Source: a virus
Lineage: Duplodnaviria > Caudoviricetes
IMG/VR virus record: IMGVR_UViG_3300000095_000003
Span: 1 to 57,005 of that record
Length of the DNA stretch: 57,005 nucleotides
Direction: 5' to 3' (one strand)
The translations under genes and the position numbers were made by a program. Numbering within the stretch: the first letter of the stretch is position 1; each line of letters opens with the position of its first letter. Shown here in pieces: positions 36,375-45,685 of this stretch. A model generated the notes under the pieces. It was not told the DNA's origin. It searched no databases and was given only the letters and a program-made list of their open reading frames with translations.

Positions 36375-36510
36375 ATTACTCTCTTCCTTAATAATCTATC
36401 TACTAAACTCTGAGCTTCTTTCTTGTCTGGGTCTTTGTAAATAAAAGTTTTATGACTCTTATCTTCTTTAATCTCTACAAGTTCTAACTTTACTTCTTCA
36501 TTACTCATAA

Positions 36511-36807
36511 CTAAATTCCTCTAATGTATTGTTCCCAAAATACTATCTTATCTTCATCATAATAACCAATAGAATACCTATTCTTGATACTACCTACCAA
36601 TAATTCTCTCTTATCTGGAAATCTATCTATAACTTCTCCATCTTCACTATAGAAGTGAAGTTCAAATAAGCTAGGACTTTCATAATCTACTTGATGAATA
36701 CATTTAATAGGTTCATTGAATATAATGTCACATTTATCATCCATTACTCCAACAAATAGAAAATATTTACCATCAATAGATTTTTTATATAGATTTAAAT
36801 TACTCAT
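36511..36807 (-). CDS. YKK-VG family paralog
   Basis: NLYKKSIDGKYFLFVGVMD...IGYYDEDKIVFWEQYI. Confidence 0.6.
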   Translation of the reverse strand: MSNLNLYKKSIDGKYFLFVGVMDDKCDIIFNEPIKCIHQVDYESPSLFELHFYSEDGEVIDRFPDKRELLVGSIKNRYSIGYYDEDKIVFWEQYIRGI

Positions 36808-36811
36808 CTCA

Positions 36812-37213
36812 CTAAATCCCTACTAATATAAAATCTTTACTACCATCAATAATCTTATCAAAAGGTAACTCCTCTACATCAAACCATTGAATGCTACTCA
36901 CACTACTATCTCCATAAGTAGTCTTTCCATCTAACTTAATACATTCGTAACATAAGAGAATTATTTGAATTTGAGTAGATTTACCATTTCCTTTCTTCAC
37001 TAGAGAATATACTAAAGGAATCATTCTTACGTCTACTACATCATAGCCAGTCTCTTCTTTAACTTCTCTAATTGCGGTATGAGCAGGACATTCACCAAAC
37101 TCAACTTTCCCTCCTGGTAACTCCCATTTATCTGGTACTCCTTTCCTTTGAGTTAATAGAACTTTACCTTCATGAATTACTAGACCTAATGAGACTATTA
37201 TTTGTTTTTGCAT
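36812..37213 (-). CDS. Nudix hydrolase (MutT-like)
   Basis: WELPGGKVEFGECPAHTAIREVKEETGY Nudix box. Confidence 0.92.
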   Translation of the reverse strand: MQKQIIVSLGLVIHEGKVLLTQRKGVPDKWELPGGKVEFGECPAHTAIREVKEETGYDVVDVRMIPLVYSLVKKGNGKSTQIQIILLCYECIKLDGKTTYGDSSVSSIQWFDVEELPFDKIIDGSKDFILVGI

Positions 37214-37261
37214 GATAGAAAATAAAAGCTCCCAATGAAGAGAGCTATAAACAACTTTTAC

Positions 37262-37780
37262 TTATTCTCCAATATACTGATCATAAAATACTACTTCTGC
37301 CGTTCGAGAATCTCCCATCATAAATCCTAATACAGGACTATAACAAGTCTCTACTTCATCTCTCTTACTTTGATAATAAAGTATCTCTTGAAATTGGTTT
37401 CTATTACTAATCTCATAATAAGATAAATGTTCTTCTCTCTTATCTTCGTTAAATACGAACCATCCAGTCCAATATACGTTACTAACTCTAGCTAAATTCT
37501 TATCACTCGGATATAAATGAGTCTTAGGTTTATCGAATCCGCTAGGACGCGGTTCTGCGAATATAATCTCATTCTTAGCAGTTAACTTACCTACTTGAAC
37601 AAACTCATCTGTACCATAAGCTTTCTTATAAATTGGTTTAGTTGTAGCTAGAATCTTAAGAGCATCAATAGCTTCTTCTATAGCTAAAGGATTATCTTTT
37701 AATAACTCAATTGCTCTATTCAGTTGTTCTTGAGAATACGTTAAATAGTTATAATCTGACATTTCTCTTATCTCCTTCAT
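37262..37780 (-). CDS. YKK-VG family paralog
   Basis: PIYKKAYGTDEFVQVGKL...LGFM...VVFYDQYI. Confidence 0.6.
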   Translation of the reverse strand: MKEIREMSDYNYLTYSQEQLNRAIELLKDNPLAIEEAIDALKILATTKPIYKKAYGTDEFVQVGKLTAKNEIIFAEPRPSGFDKPKTHLYPSDKNLARVSNVYWTGWFVFNEDKREEHLSYYEISNRNQFQEILYYQSKRDEVETCYSPVLGFMMGDSRTAEVVFYDQYIGE

Positions 37781-37930
37781 ATTTATCTCTCATCATCTTT
37801 GACCATCTACCAAAAGAATTCATACGTCTCTTCTGTTGAGCAATGATTCTCTTATCTCTTAACTCATTAATAGCTTTTACTATAGGGTCATTTAGTAATA
37901 ATCGGAAATACTCTTCTATAGCACCCATAA

Positions 37931-38350
37931 CTATTTACTCTCTATAAACTGATCATAATAAACTGCCATTCCATCTTTATCTACATAACCAGTAACTAGA
38001 TAATCCTTTGGTTCTAAAAATGTACTTCCACTAAGACTAACTAGCTGAGTCGGTATATTCTTAGGAGTAAATACTTTCTTATCAATGGAAGCAATATAAG
38101 TACCAATACATATTGTCTCCATACCTATCACTTCACCTTTATCGTTTTTCCTTTCTCTTCCACCTTTGATTACTCTAGTAGTCTCATAATCAATATAAAA
38201 CTCAGGATAAAATAACTGAGCCATTCCGTTCCCGATAGACTCATAAGTAGGAACATTAAACTCTAAGAATCCATATTCATCTACTTGACCTACTTGAATG
38301 AACTTATCTGTCTTTTGTACTTTCTTGTATACAGGTTGAGGGTTATTCAT
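37931..38350 (-). CDS. YKK-VG family paralog
   Basis: PVYKKVQKTDKFIQVGQVD...TGYVDKDGMAVYYDQFI. Confidence 0.6.
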   Translation of the reverse strand: MNNPQPVYKKVQKTDKFIQVGQVDEYGFLEFNVPTYESIGNGMAQLFYPEFYIDYETTRVIKGGRERKNDKGEVIGMETICIGTYIASIDKKVFTPKNIPTQLVSLSGSTFLEPKDYLVTGYVDKDGMAVYYDQFIESK

Positions 38351-38361
38351 TTATTTATTAC

Positions 38362-38952
38362 TTACTCAATAACTTTATTTTTATAGAGATACACTTTATC
38401 TTCATTATGAAGTTTAGGAGACATAACACCAATTACAAATTCACTCTTACCTTCTCCACTAACTTTAATCTCTTGTAAAAATTCAATTGTTTTAGCTTCT
38501 ATTTGATAATAATTAGGTGGATAAAACCAGTAATAAGTAGAATAATTAATATACTTCCTTTCTTTCTCTCCTATATAAATATAGAACTCAGGATAAAATA
38601 AACCAAACTTATAATTACCTTCTTTCTTTTTCTCTAACTCCATATACATAAGAACTACTGTACCTATCTTCTTATCCCTAATTCCAACAGGTAACATTCT
38701 ACCTTCAACACTTCTCTTATATATAAACTCACAGTCTTTAGAACAATACCAATCATTAGTCTCATTATTCTTAATTACTGTATAAGATTTCTTAACACCT
38801 TCTATATCAAAATCACCATAACTGACTCTACTAAAAGTTTGATTAGATTCTTCTAAAATATTCTTAGCTATAAATAATTCTGCTTGATGGCTAGAATCAC
38901 CTGAATAAGTAGCAAACGTAATCAACGCATCTTCAACTGTCATATTTTCCAT
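38362..38952 (-). CDS. YKK-VG family paralog (divergent)
   Basis: FIYKRSVEGRMLPVGIRD; LFYPEFYI shared with 37931..38350. Confidence 0.55.
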   Translation of the reverse strand: MENMTVEDALITFATYSGDSSHQAELFIAKNILEESNQTFSRVSYGDFDIEGVKKSYTVIKNNETNDWYCSKDCEFIYKRSVEGRMLPVGIRDKKIGTVVLMYMELEKKKEGNYKFGLFYPEFYIYIGEKERKYINYSTYYWFYPPNYYQIEAKTIEFLQEIKVSGEGKSEFVIGVMSPKLHNEDKVYLYKNKVIE

Positions 38953-38982
38953 AATTTTAATTTCCTTTTCTTAATTATCTTT

Positions 38983-38991
38983 ATTTTAACA
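38983..38991 (-). promoter_or_regulatory. extended -10 promoter candidate
   Basis: TGTTAAAAT upstream of 38952. Confidence 0.4.
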
Positions 38992-39134
38992 CAATCAGAT
39001 AAAGAGTAGTATAAATTGGGTAGGAGCAGTCTTATCCTTTTTTATTTTGAGTTACTATTTTTTAGTAATTCTCTAATAGGTGAACTGCTATTATTCTATT
39101 TATTTTTAGCATTCTCTTAAATTTACTAAAACTA

Positions 39135-39143
39135 TGTTATAAT
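39135..39143 (+). promoter_or_regulatory. extended -10 promoter candidate
   Basis: TGTTATAAT about 30 nt before ATG 39173. Confidence 0.55.
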
Positions 39144-39172
39144 AATTATAGTAAATAAAAGAATACTTAATT

Positions 39173-40978
39173 ATGATTACACAGGTTACAGCTCCAACAA
39201 CAGCTCTCTATCTCAAAGACTTCATGACTGAACTTCCACATGGGATAGTTAATAAACGTTCTTGTGGAGTTGGCGGTTCATATATAGCAATTACTTCAGA
39301 AACTAATTATATTATTGCTTGTCCTACTATCGAATTAATAGTTAATAAACAACATCAACATCCAAATATTATTGGAGTTTATGGAACTATCAGATTTAGT
39401 GATTTTAAAGCTCAACTAATAGAGAAGATAGATAATAATGCAGTAGTTAAAATTATGACTACCTATGACTCTCTACCTAAAGTAGTTAAATGGTTAGAAC
39501 AATTAGAACAAGAGCCTTATACAACTTACAAGCTTTTAGTAGATGAGTATCATAAAATTCTTAGTGACTATTCATATAGGGATAAAGCAATAGATGGATT
39601 ATTAAAAGAATCACTTAAGTTTTATTATTGTACATTTTTATCGGCAACTCCAATCAATCCTAAGTTCACTCCTTCTATCTTGGTAGACTTTCCTCAATAT
39701 GAAATTATTTGGTCTGCTACTAGAAAGATTAGATTAGAAAGAGAAAAGACTAATAAGCCGTATTCTGCTGCTGTTAACATTATTAAGAAGTATAAAGCTT
39801 CAGGTAATAAGTTAAAGATAGACGGACAAATTAGTGAAGAAGCATATTTCTTTATTAATTCAGTAGAAGGATTAGCTGAGATTATTAAAAATGCTAAATT
39901 AAAACCAGAAGAAGTAAAGATTATTTGCGCTAACTCAGAGAGAAATCAATCTGTATTGGATAAGATTAATCCTGAATATGACTTTGAGATAGCTAATGTG
40001 CATTATAAGAATAAACCTTTCACTTTCGTTACTTCCAAATCATTCTTAGGAGCAGACTTCTATTCTGATACTGGAATTGTTTATGTAATTAGTAATGTAA
40101 ATAGAAAAACTACATTGGTAGATATCTCAACTGACTTATATCAAATAGCAGGAAGAATTCGCAATATCAACAATCCTTTCAAAGATAGAATTTATCATAT
40201 CTATAATACTGGTGCGTATGAAATGTCACCTGAAGAGTTCACTGATTTAGTAGCTGAAAAGATAGAGAATACTAAAGAGAAGATTAATGTATTTAATGAA
40301 TTAATGAATGATAAGCAAAAGAAAGCTTTACTCAAAATGTTCGAGTTAGATATTGATGGTTATTACTCTTATTACAATCCTGAGACTGGCTTATTAGAAT
40401 TCAATGAACTTCAGAAACTAAATGAAGAGTTTAATTACTCAATAGTTAATGAGATATATACAAATGGATTAACTTTGAGAGATGCTTATATAAACGCAGG
40501 ATTTGATTTATCTAGTAAACAAACTTATAACTATATAGTAGATAGCAATAATACTAATCTCTCTTCTCTAACTAAACAGAGTTTTAAAGATGTAATTAAG
40601 GAATATGTAGATTGTATTGATGAATGTAATTCGGATAGAGCTAATGAATTAGTAGAGTTAGAACCAGAGATTAAGAATGTAGTAGAAGTTCTAGGTACAA
40701 AAAGAATTAGAACCCTAGGCTATAACAAGACTAAGATTCTAAAAGAAGTCTATTCACATTGTAATGAAGTTAAAGATGTAGTAAAAGAAGAAATAACTAC
40801 TAAGTACCAAGTAAATACTTTCTACTCTTTAGAAGACATTAAAAATAATTTAGCAGAGATTTATAAAAAATATGGAATTACTAAAACTCCAAAAGCTAGT
40901 GATATTAAAGAATACGTTATAGTATCCGCTGCTAAGAAACAATCTAAAAACGGTTTCATTATAAAATCAGTTACTTAA
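39173..40978 (+). CDS. superfamily 2 (DExH) helicase-like / origin-binding-like protein
   Basis: SCGVGGS (degenerate Walker A), LLVDEYH, FLSATP, FLGADF, QIAGRIRN. Confidence 0.75.
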   Translation: MITQVTAPTTALYLKDFMTELPHGIVNKRSCGVGGSYIAITSETNYIIACPTIELIVNKQHQHPNIIGVYGTIRFSDFKAQLIEKIDNNAVVKIMTTYDSLPKVVKWLEQLEQEPYTTYKLLVDEYHKILSDYSYRDKAIDGLLKESLKFYYCTFLSATPINPKFTPSILVDFPQYEIIWSATRKIRLEREKTNKPYSAAVNIIKKYKASGNKLKIDGQISEEAYFFINSVEGLAEIIKNAKLKPEEVKIICANSERNQSVLDKINPEYDFEIANVHYKNKPFTFVTSKSFLGADFYSDTGIVYVISNVNRKTTLVDISTDLYQIAGRIRNINNPFKDRIYHIYNTGAYEMSPEEFTDLVAEKIENTKEKINVFNELMNDKQKKALLKMFELDIDGYYSYYNPETGLLEFNELQKLNEEFNYSIVNEIYTNGLTLRDAYINAGFDLSSKQTYNYIVDSNNTNLSSLTKQSFKDVIKEYVDCIDECNSDRANELVELEPEIKNVVEVLGTKRIRTLGYNKTKILKEVYSHCNEVKDVVKEEITTKYQVNTFYSLEDIKNNLAEIYKKYGITKTPKASDIKEYVIVSAAKKQSKNGFIIKSVT

Positions 40979-40986
40979 TTTTACTA

Positions 40987-41080
40987 ATTTTCTACTAGAG
41001 TATCGGTTATTATTCTGGTCATTTTTAGTTATTACTCTAAATTTAACTAAAATAATAACCTGATAGCTAGTAGAATTATT
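40987..41080. repeat. ~90 bp imperfect inverted repeat
   Basis: TTCTACTAG/CTAGTAGAA, GGTTATTAT/ATAATAACC, TTTAGTTA/TAACTAAA nested arms. Confidence 0.7.
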
Positions 41081-41087
41081 TTAGAAA

Positions 41088-41495
41088 TTAGTAATCTTCT
41101 TCTGTATTTTCTATATAAATACTAGCTTCACCGGATAAACACATCTTATCTGCGAAGAATGTATAACCCAAATAACTACAATCTTCCATAGCAGAAGGAG
41201 CTAATACATTCATTATATTACTATCTGAATCGTCATCATTATTCCACATACGGATAAGACTTTCAGCTAATTTAGACATTACTGGTTCTATTCCAAAATC
41301 TAGTGGTTTTAAACAAACTGATTTTCTTATTTTTCCTGATTCTGGTCTTTCATAAATAAAGTTGATAATCTTAGGCTTCTTATAAGTACCATAAAAAGGA
41401 TCGAAAGAGTTATTTATTTCCATTTTCTCATTTAATTGTTCTATTAATATATTTAGTTGTTCACTAGGAGAAGGCAATTGATTATCTAAGTTCAT
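41088..41495 (-). CDS. hypothetical protein
   Basis: 135 aa ORF. Confidence 0.55.
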   Translation of the reverse strand: MNLDNQLPSPSEQLNILIEQLNEKMEINNSFDPFYGTYKKPKIINFIYERPESGKIRKSVCLKPLDFGIEPVMSKLAESLIRMWNNDDDSDSNIMNVLAPSAMEDCSYLGYTFFADKMCLSGEASIYIENTEEDY

Positions 41496-41594
41496 ATATT
41501 TTTTAGTGATTATTAAGATTATGTATATATAATTTTTGAAAAAACATATAATTAGAAAAAGGTAAGATTGTTTATGTCCTACCTCTTCAATTAC

Positions 41595-41909
41595 TTATAA
41601 ATACTCTCCTTTCACAGGTAGCCAGTCATCTAGTAATTCTTGACTTTTTATCTTTTCTACTCTATCTGGATCTAAGACAACTTTATATATTACCTCAGCA
41701 TTAAGAAAATAATCTCTAATCTCAATTTTTTAATTTAATTTAGCTAATGTAGTAGGAGTATAAAGCCATATATTAGTATCAGACCAAATAGCTAAAAATA
41801 AATCTCCTTTCTCATTAGTACAAGAAAATAGACAAGGTACGTCATAATATTCATACACTTGAACAATATCTAATTTACCTAGTTCAGTGGATTGAGGAAG
41901 TAAACTCAT
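41595..41909 (-). pseudogene. DUF6575-like paralog with in-frame TAA (41730-41732)
   Basis: MSLLPQSTELGKLDIVQVYEYYDVPCLFSCTNEKGDLFLAIWSD...KLN*KIEIRDYF...DDWLPVKGEYL; missing from ORF track. Confidence 0.7.
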
Positions 41910-41925
41910 AATAATAGTAATAAAA

Positions 41926-42960
41926 ATGAATGAAGTACAAAGAGCAAAAGAAATAGCTAATCAATATAAGAACGAGTTAGGTTTTGTTAATCGAGCAGCA
42001 TTAGAACTATCTCTAAGTAAGAATGAATTAGAAGCTATAGTAGAAGATAATGAAACAATAGGATTTACCCACTTTCATCATAGAAGAGATAAGCAAACTA
42101 CTATTTACTCTATAGCAGTTAATAAAGAAAGATTAAAAGAAGGTTGGGGTAGACTATTGTTCTATAGAGTTCTTTGTAGTGCTATTGAACATAAGAAAGA
42201 TTATATAATAGCCAAATGTCCAGAAGATTTGTTATCTAATGGATTTTATAAAAAATTAGGGTTCATACTAGACCGAGTAGAAGAAGGAAAGAAAAGAAAA
42301 TTAAATGTTTGGAGATACAACATTGTACTTCCTTTACTATTCTATTGTGCAGATGGAGGACGGAATCAATATGGAAAAATAGCTAAAGAAGAAAATTGGA
42401 GATTAGGTTTACAGTCTGAATCTACATTAATCAATGGAAGAGTAGAATTTGTAGATAATAAATGGAAAGATTATAATCATGAGAAACATTTATTAGCAGT
42501 TAAGAAGTATAAACCATTATTAGCCACCGCAAGAGACATTGAAAGTTTAGATGATTTAGAAGAAATATTATATCAAGCTAAAGAGTTAAGTCATTATTGT
42601 GGAAGATTATTAATAATACCAAAAGTTGAATGTGAAATACCTAATGAATATTGGTTAGCGTTTTCGATACCTACTTCACATGGTGGAACTCTATTAGACC
42701 CAAGTTTCTTTAAAGATAGATTTGTACATTTATTAGGTGGTTCTCCTAAAGCTCAAGCTAAATATTTCTCTAAATTTAATACTGTAAGTCTAGACGGAAA
42801 CTATTGTAATAAAATAAGTAAGTATGGAAAAGTTTGTTATCAAGGTAAAGAAGAGTTAATACAAAATGCGACAGGAGAAAGAGGTTGTTATCCTGCGTTT
42901 AGAGAAAGTTTAAGGAGACAGAAATTATATTGGCATAAATCTAATTGTGCTATATTATAA
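41926..42960 (+). CDS. GNAT acetyltransferase fused to DUF6610/TGT-like barrel domain
   Basis: IYSIAV...LKEGWGRLL...SNGFYKKLGF; then FVDN, ATARD, IIPK, AFSIPTSHGG, VHLLGGSP, VSLDGN. Confidence 0.65.
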   Translation: MNEVQRAKEIANQYKNELGFVNRAALELSLSKNELEAIVEDNETIGFTHFHHRRDKQTTIYSIAVNKERLKEGWGRLLFYRVLCSAIEHKKDYIIAKCPEDLLSNGFYKKLGFILDRVEEGKKRKLNVWRYNIVLPLLFYCADGGRNQYGKIAKEENWRLGLQSESTLINGRVEFVDNKWKDYNHEKHLLAVKKYKPLLATARDIESLDDLEEILYQAKELSHYCGRLLIIPKVECEIPNEYWLAFSIPTSHGGTLLDPSFFKDRFVHLLGGSPKAQAKYFSKFNTVSLDGNYCNKISKYGKVCYQGKEELIQNATGERGCYPAFRESLRRQKLYWHKSNCAIL

Positions 42961-43219
42961 GAAATTAATTAAACTAAATTATATGACTAATTGTTTTGTC
43001 CGTGGAAATGATAAAGGTACAGTAGATTTTTATAGAGAAATAGATGGAGTAGAAGTTCCTCTTACTAATGAAAAAATATCTAAGTTACCCAATGTATTTA
43101 TTGGTCAACAGATTGCTTGTGACATCAATTATCCTAAGACTGAGGAAGATGTACATCGGCATAATTATTGGACTAAAAGACTTATCTTAGAAATATTTAA
43201 AAATCAGAAAGAAGAATAA
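42947..43219 (+). CDS. hypothetical protein
   Basis: co-oriented with upstream gene. Confidence 0.5.
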   Translation: MLYYKKLIKLNYMTNCFVRGNDKGTVDFYREIDGVEVPLTNEKISKLPNVFIGQQIACDINYPKTEEDVHRHNYWTKRLILEIFKNQKEE

Positions 43220-43269
43220 ATTAATTAGAGGTAAGAGAATCATACACTCCTACCTCTTATCCATCAATA

Positions 43270-43455
43270 TTATAAGTTTAATACTCTTCCATTGCTATCG
43301 TAACAAGTATAGTAATATTCAGTGGAATTATTAATATACCAGTTAACTCCTTCCCATGTACTAGCTCCAACTGTTTTATAAGCTTCTCCTACTTTAACTC
43401 TTTGACCGTCACTTATTCTATCTCGATAAACTTCACAATAAATTTTGTTATTCAT
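43270..43455 (-). CDS. small hypothetical protein
   Basis: co-oriented ORF. Confidence 0.5.
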   Translation of the reverse strand: MNNKIYCEVYRDRISDGQRVKVGEAYKTVGASTWEGVNWYINNSTEYYYTCYDSNGRVLNL

Positions 43456-43495
43456 AGTTTTTACTTCTTCTTTCTTAAATTACTGTTTAATACTA

Positions 43496-44008
43496 CTAGC
43501 ATCTATCTATAAGATCTTTTATACTTTGAGCTAAAATATCTACTCTACTCATTCCACATAAATCAATGTGAGGGTCAGCATGGTCTTTTACTAATCCTAT
43601 ACTTGCCATGTATTTACCGACTGTATTATCTTTAAATCCTCCAGGTAATTTAGAAGTAGCTATTACACATTCGGTAGGAAGTTGACATTTAATAGTTCTA
43701 GTTACTCTTTCTCCTTCAGGAAAAATACCAAAAATAAAAGCATAATCAAACCAAGAATTAGTAGTTAGTTCTTCTTCTATTCCATTTTCTATTCCAAGAT
43801 ATAAAGTAGGAATTAAAATTAAATCGTTTTCTTTAGCTAACTCAGCCCTTAGTATTGCACCACTTAATATCTCTTCTTCTCCTATAGGTTGTTCATTAAT
43901 TTCGGTAGGTGGAACTTTTAGCAACTGCACACTTATATCTAATTGATTAACTGCTTTCTTAGCTGCTTCGTATTTAATATTGCTTGTACCAGATACAACA
44001 ACTCTCAT
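43496..44008 (-). CDS. yjjX: inosine/xanthosine triphosphatase (YjjX/DUF84 family)
   Basis: VVVSGTSNIKYEA, INEQPIGEEEILSGAILRA, GIENGI, SRVDIL. Confidence 0.75.
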   Translation of the reverse strand: MRVVVSGTSNIKYEAAKKAVNQLDISVQLLKVPPTEINEQPIGEEEILSGAILRAELAKENDLILIPTLYLGIENGIEEELTTNSWFDYAFIFGIFPEGERVTRTIKCQLPTECVIATSKLPGGFKDNTVGKYMASIGLVKDHADPHIDLCGMSRVDILAQSIKDLIDRC

Positions 44009-44012
44009 CTGA

Positions 44013-44447
44013 TTAAAGTGATTTACCGTTGATACTCTCCATAATTGGAAGATAACTACTCAAATTATCTTTAGGTACTACTTCTGTCTCTCCACTAAAT
44101 TCTCTACCGTTAAACCAGAAATAAGGAATACCTATATTTTCAATAAACTCAATTTCTTTCTTAGTTGAACTTCCAATGTAGTTAGTTTCATCTGTAACTA
44201 TAACTGCTGCATGAGACTGATAGATTTTATAGAAATGAAGTAAATCTAAATTAACCTTATTATCTTTAGAAGTATTGTCATATAAATCAAATGAATGACC
44301 CCAGCTTCCACACATTGTTACAATCCAGTTCTTAACTGTAAGTAGTTTGTTACATCTCATAGCTTGGAAGAAATATTTAGTAGAGCCACAAAGAACTACA
44401 TTTCCTGAGCCTTGAGTAAAGAATTCGTCGGCTGTGTATTTTATCAT
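44013..44447 (-). CDS. nucleoside deoxyribosyltransferase-like Rossmann-fold protein
   Basis: VVLCGSTKYF...LHFYKI..S.A.VIV...YIGSSTKKEIEF....G.P. Confidence 0.55.
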   Translation of the reverse strand: MIKYTADEFFTQGSGNVVLCGSTKYFFQAMRCNKLLTVKNWIVTMCGSWGHSFDLYDNTSKDNKVNLDLLHFYKIYQSHAAVIVTDETNYIGSSTKKEIEFIENIGIPYFWFNGREFSGETEVVPKDNLSSYLPIMESINGKSL

Positions 44448-44448
44448 A

Positions 44449-44607
44449 TTACCAATTCCAAACTTTTAAATCTTCATTACTAATATGTTGAGTTTCTTCA
44501 GCTAAAATTTCAAAGAAGACGTCACCATTATAAGTTGTAGCTTTACTTTTAGGATGTAATCGAGCTAGTAGAAGTAATCCGTTGATTAGTCCAAGTATTA
44601 TATTCAT
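44449..44607 (-). CDS. small LING-LL family paralog (52 aa)
   Basis: MNIILGLINGLLLLARLHPKSKA...; similar to 46314..46556 and 47052..47294; below ORF-track cutoff. Confidence 0.5.
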   Translation of the reverse strand: MNIILGLINGLLLLARLHPKSKATTYNGDVFFEILAEETQHISNEDLKVWNW

Positions 44608-44617
44608 TTTTCAACTT

Positions 44618-45283
44618 CTAGTTCTTAGTTATCTTTTCTACTTCTTTCATAAACTCATCAATAATATCAGAGTAGTTTCCATAGTTACCTCTCTTAACAA
44701 AAGATAAAGCATTACAAGTTCCTTTTATAAGTGGGTAAGCTATAGGATTAGTAGATTTAATTTCTATATCTAATTTGTAACCTAAATACTCAATGATTAG
44801 TCTTTTTATCTTCTCTTCTTCTTTCTTAGTTTGGAGATAAGAGTAATAATCAATGAAAGATTCAAATGAGGTACTAGGATTTACTTTATCTTTATATTCG
44901 TCATAGACTCTCTTAAGTTTTACTGATAGAATAGTACCGGAATATTCATCTTCTTCTATTAACTCCATTTCACTAGCTACTTTATCTAACTCAGATATAA
45001 AGTTCTTAACTAATTCTACGTCTTTATCCATTGGAGTATTTTTATCTTCTATTGAATTATTTTGTTGCATAAATAAGGGAATTTCCTTTTCTTTTTTAAA
45101 TTTTTGTTGATAGTTTACCTCTCTTTTAAAGCTACTAATTATATTAGTCAAATCAGTTTTATATATACCTTGTGGAAGATAAGAAAGTTCATTACATTTA
45201 GTTTTATAGAGAGTAGTTTTACCTGTGTCATAATCTGTAACTTCTTCAATTTCTAGAACGTAACCCTCATGTTCAATTTTCAT
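44618..45283 (-). CDS. protein with two HicB-like repeats
   Basis: HEGYVLEI...IISSFKREVNY and YLGYKLDI...IIDEFMKEVE. Confidence 0.55.
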   Translation of the reverse strand: MKIEHEGYVLEIEEVTDYDTGKTTLYKTKCNELSYLPQGIYKTDLTNIISSFKREVNYQQKFKKEKEIPLFMQQNNSIEDKNTPMDKDVELVKNFISELDKVASEMELIEEDEYSGTILSVKLKRVYDEYKDKVNPSTSFESFIDYYSYLQTKKEEEKIKRLIIEYLGYKLDIEIKSTNPIAYPLIKGTCNALSFVKRGNYGNYSDIIDEFMKEVEKITKN

Positions 45284-45284
45284 A

Positions 45285-45683
45285 CTAATTTCTCTCTCTT
45301 AAATAGTTATCAATATAATCTTCAAATTTAGCTTGTAACTCTTGGATATATTTACCAGTTAGAATATAAGGTTCTTTAGTTAGAATATTAAAGTAGTCTT
45401 TTCCATGAATCCAAGTTGTATACCAAGAACCAAGTACACTATCCCAACCTACTCGTGCAGTAAAAGACTTGTAACTAAAATATATTTCACTTTGTAATTC
45501 TTCTCTTTCTTTTTCTTTTATATGAAATTCTACATTTTTCTTAAAGCTATCAATTACATAATCGTATCCTCCCCAAGTGCTAATCTTAAAACCAATATTT
45601 TTACATTCAGCAGTAATAAGAGTGTCTTTATCTGCTCTTAGCTCTTCAATTTCTAAGATATAGTTTTTATATTTTAGTTTCAT
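45285..45683 (-). CDS. protein with two HicB-like repeats
   Basis: YKSFTARVGWD...LTGKYIQELQAKFEDYIDNYL closely follows the HicB N-terminal pattern. Confidence 0.6.
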   Translation of the reverse strand: MKLKYKNYILEIEELRADKDTLITAECKNIGFKISTWGGYDYVIDSFKKNVEFHIKEKEREELQSEIYFSYKSFTARVGWDSVLGSWYTTWIHGKDYFNILTKEPYILTGKYIQELQAKFEDYIDNYLRERN

Positions 45684-45685
45684 AT

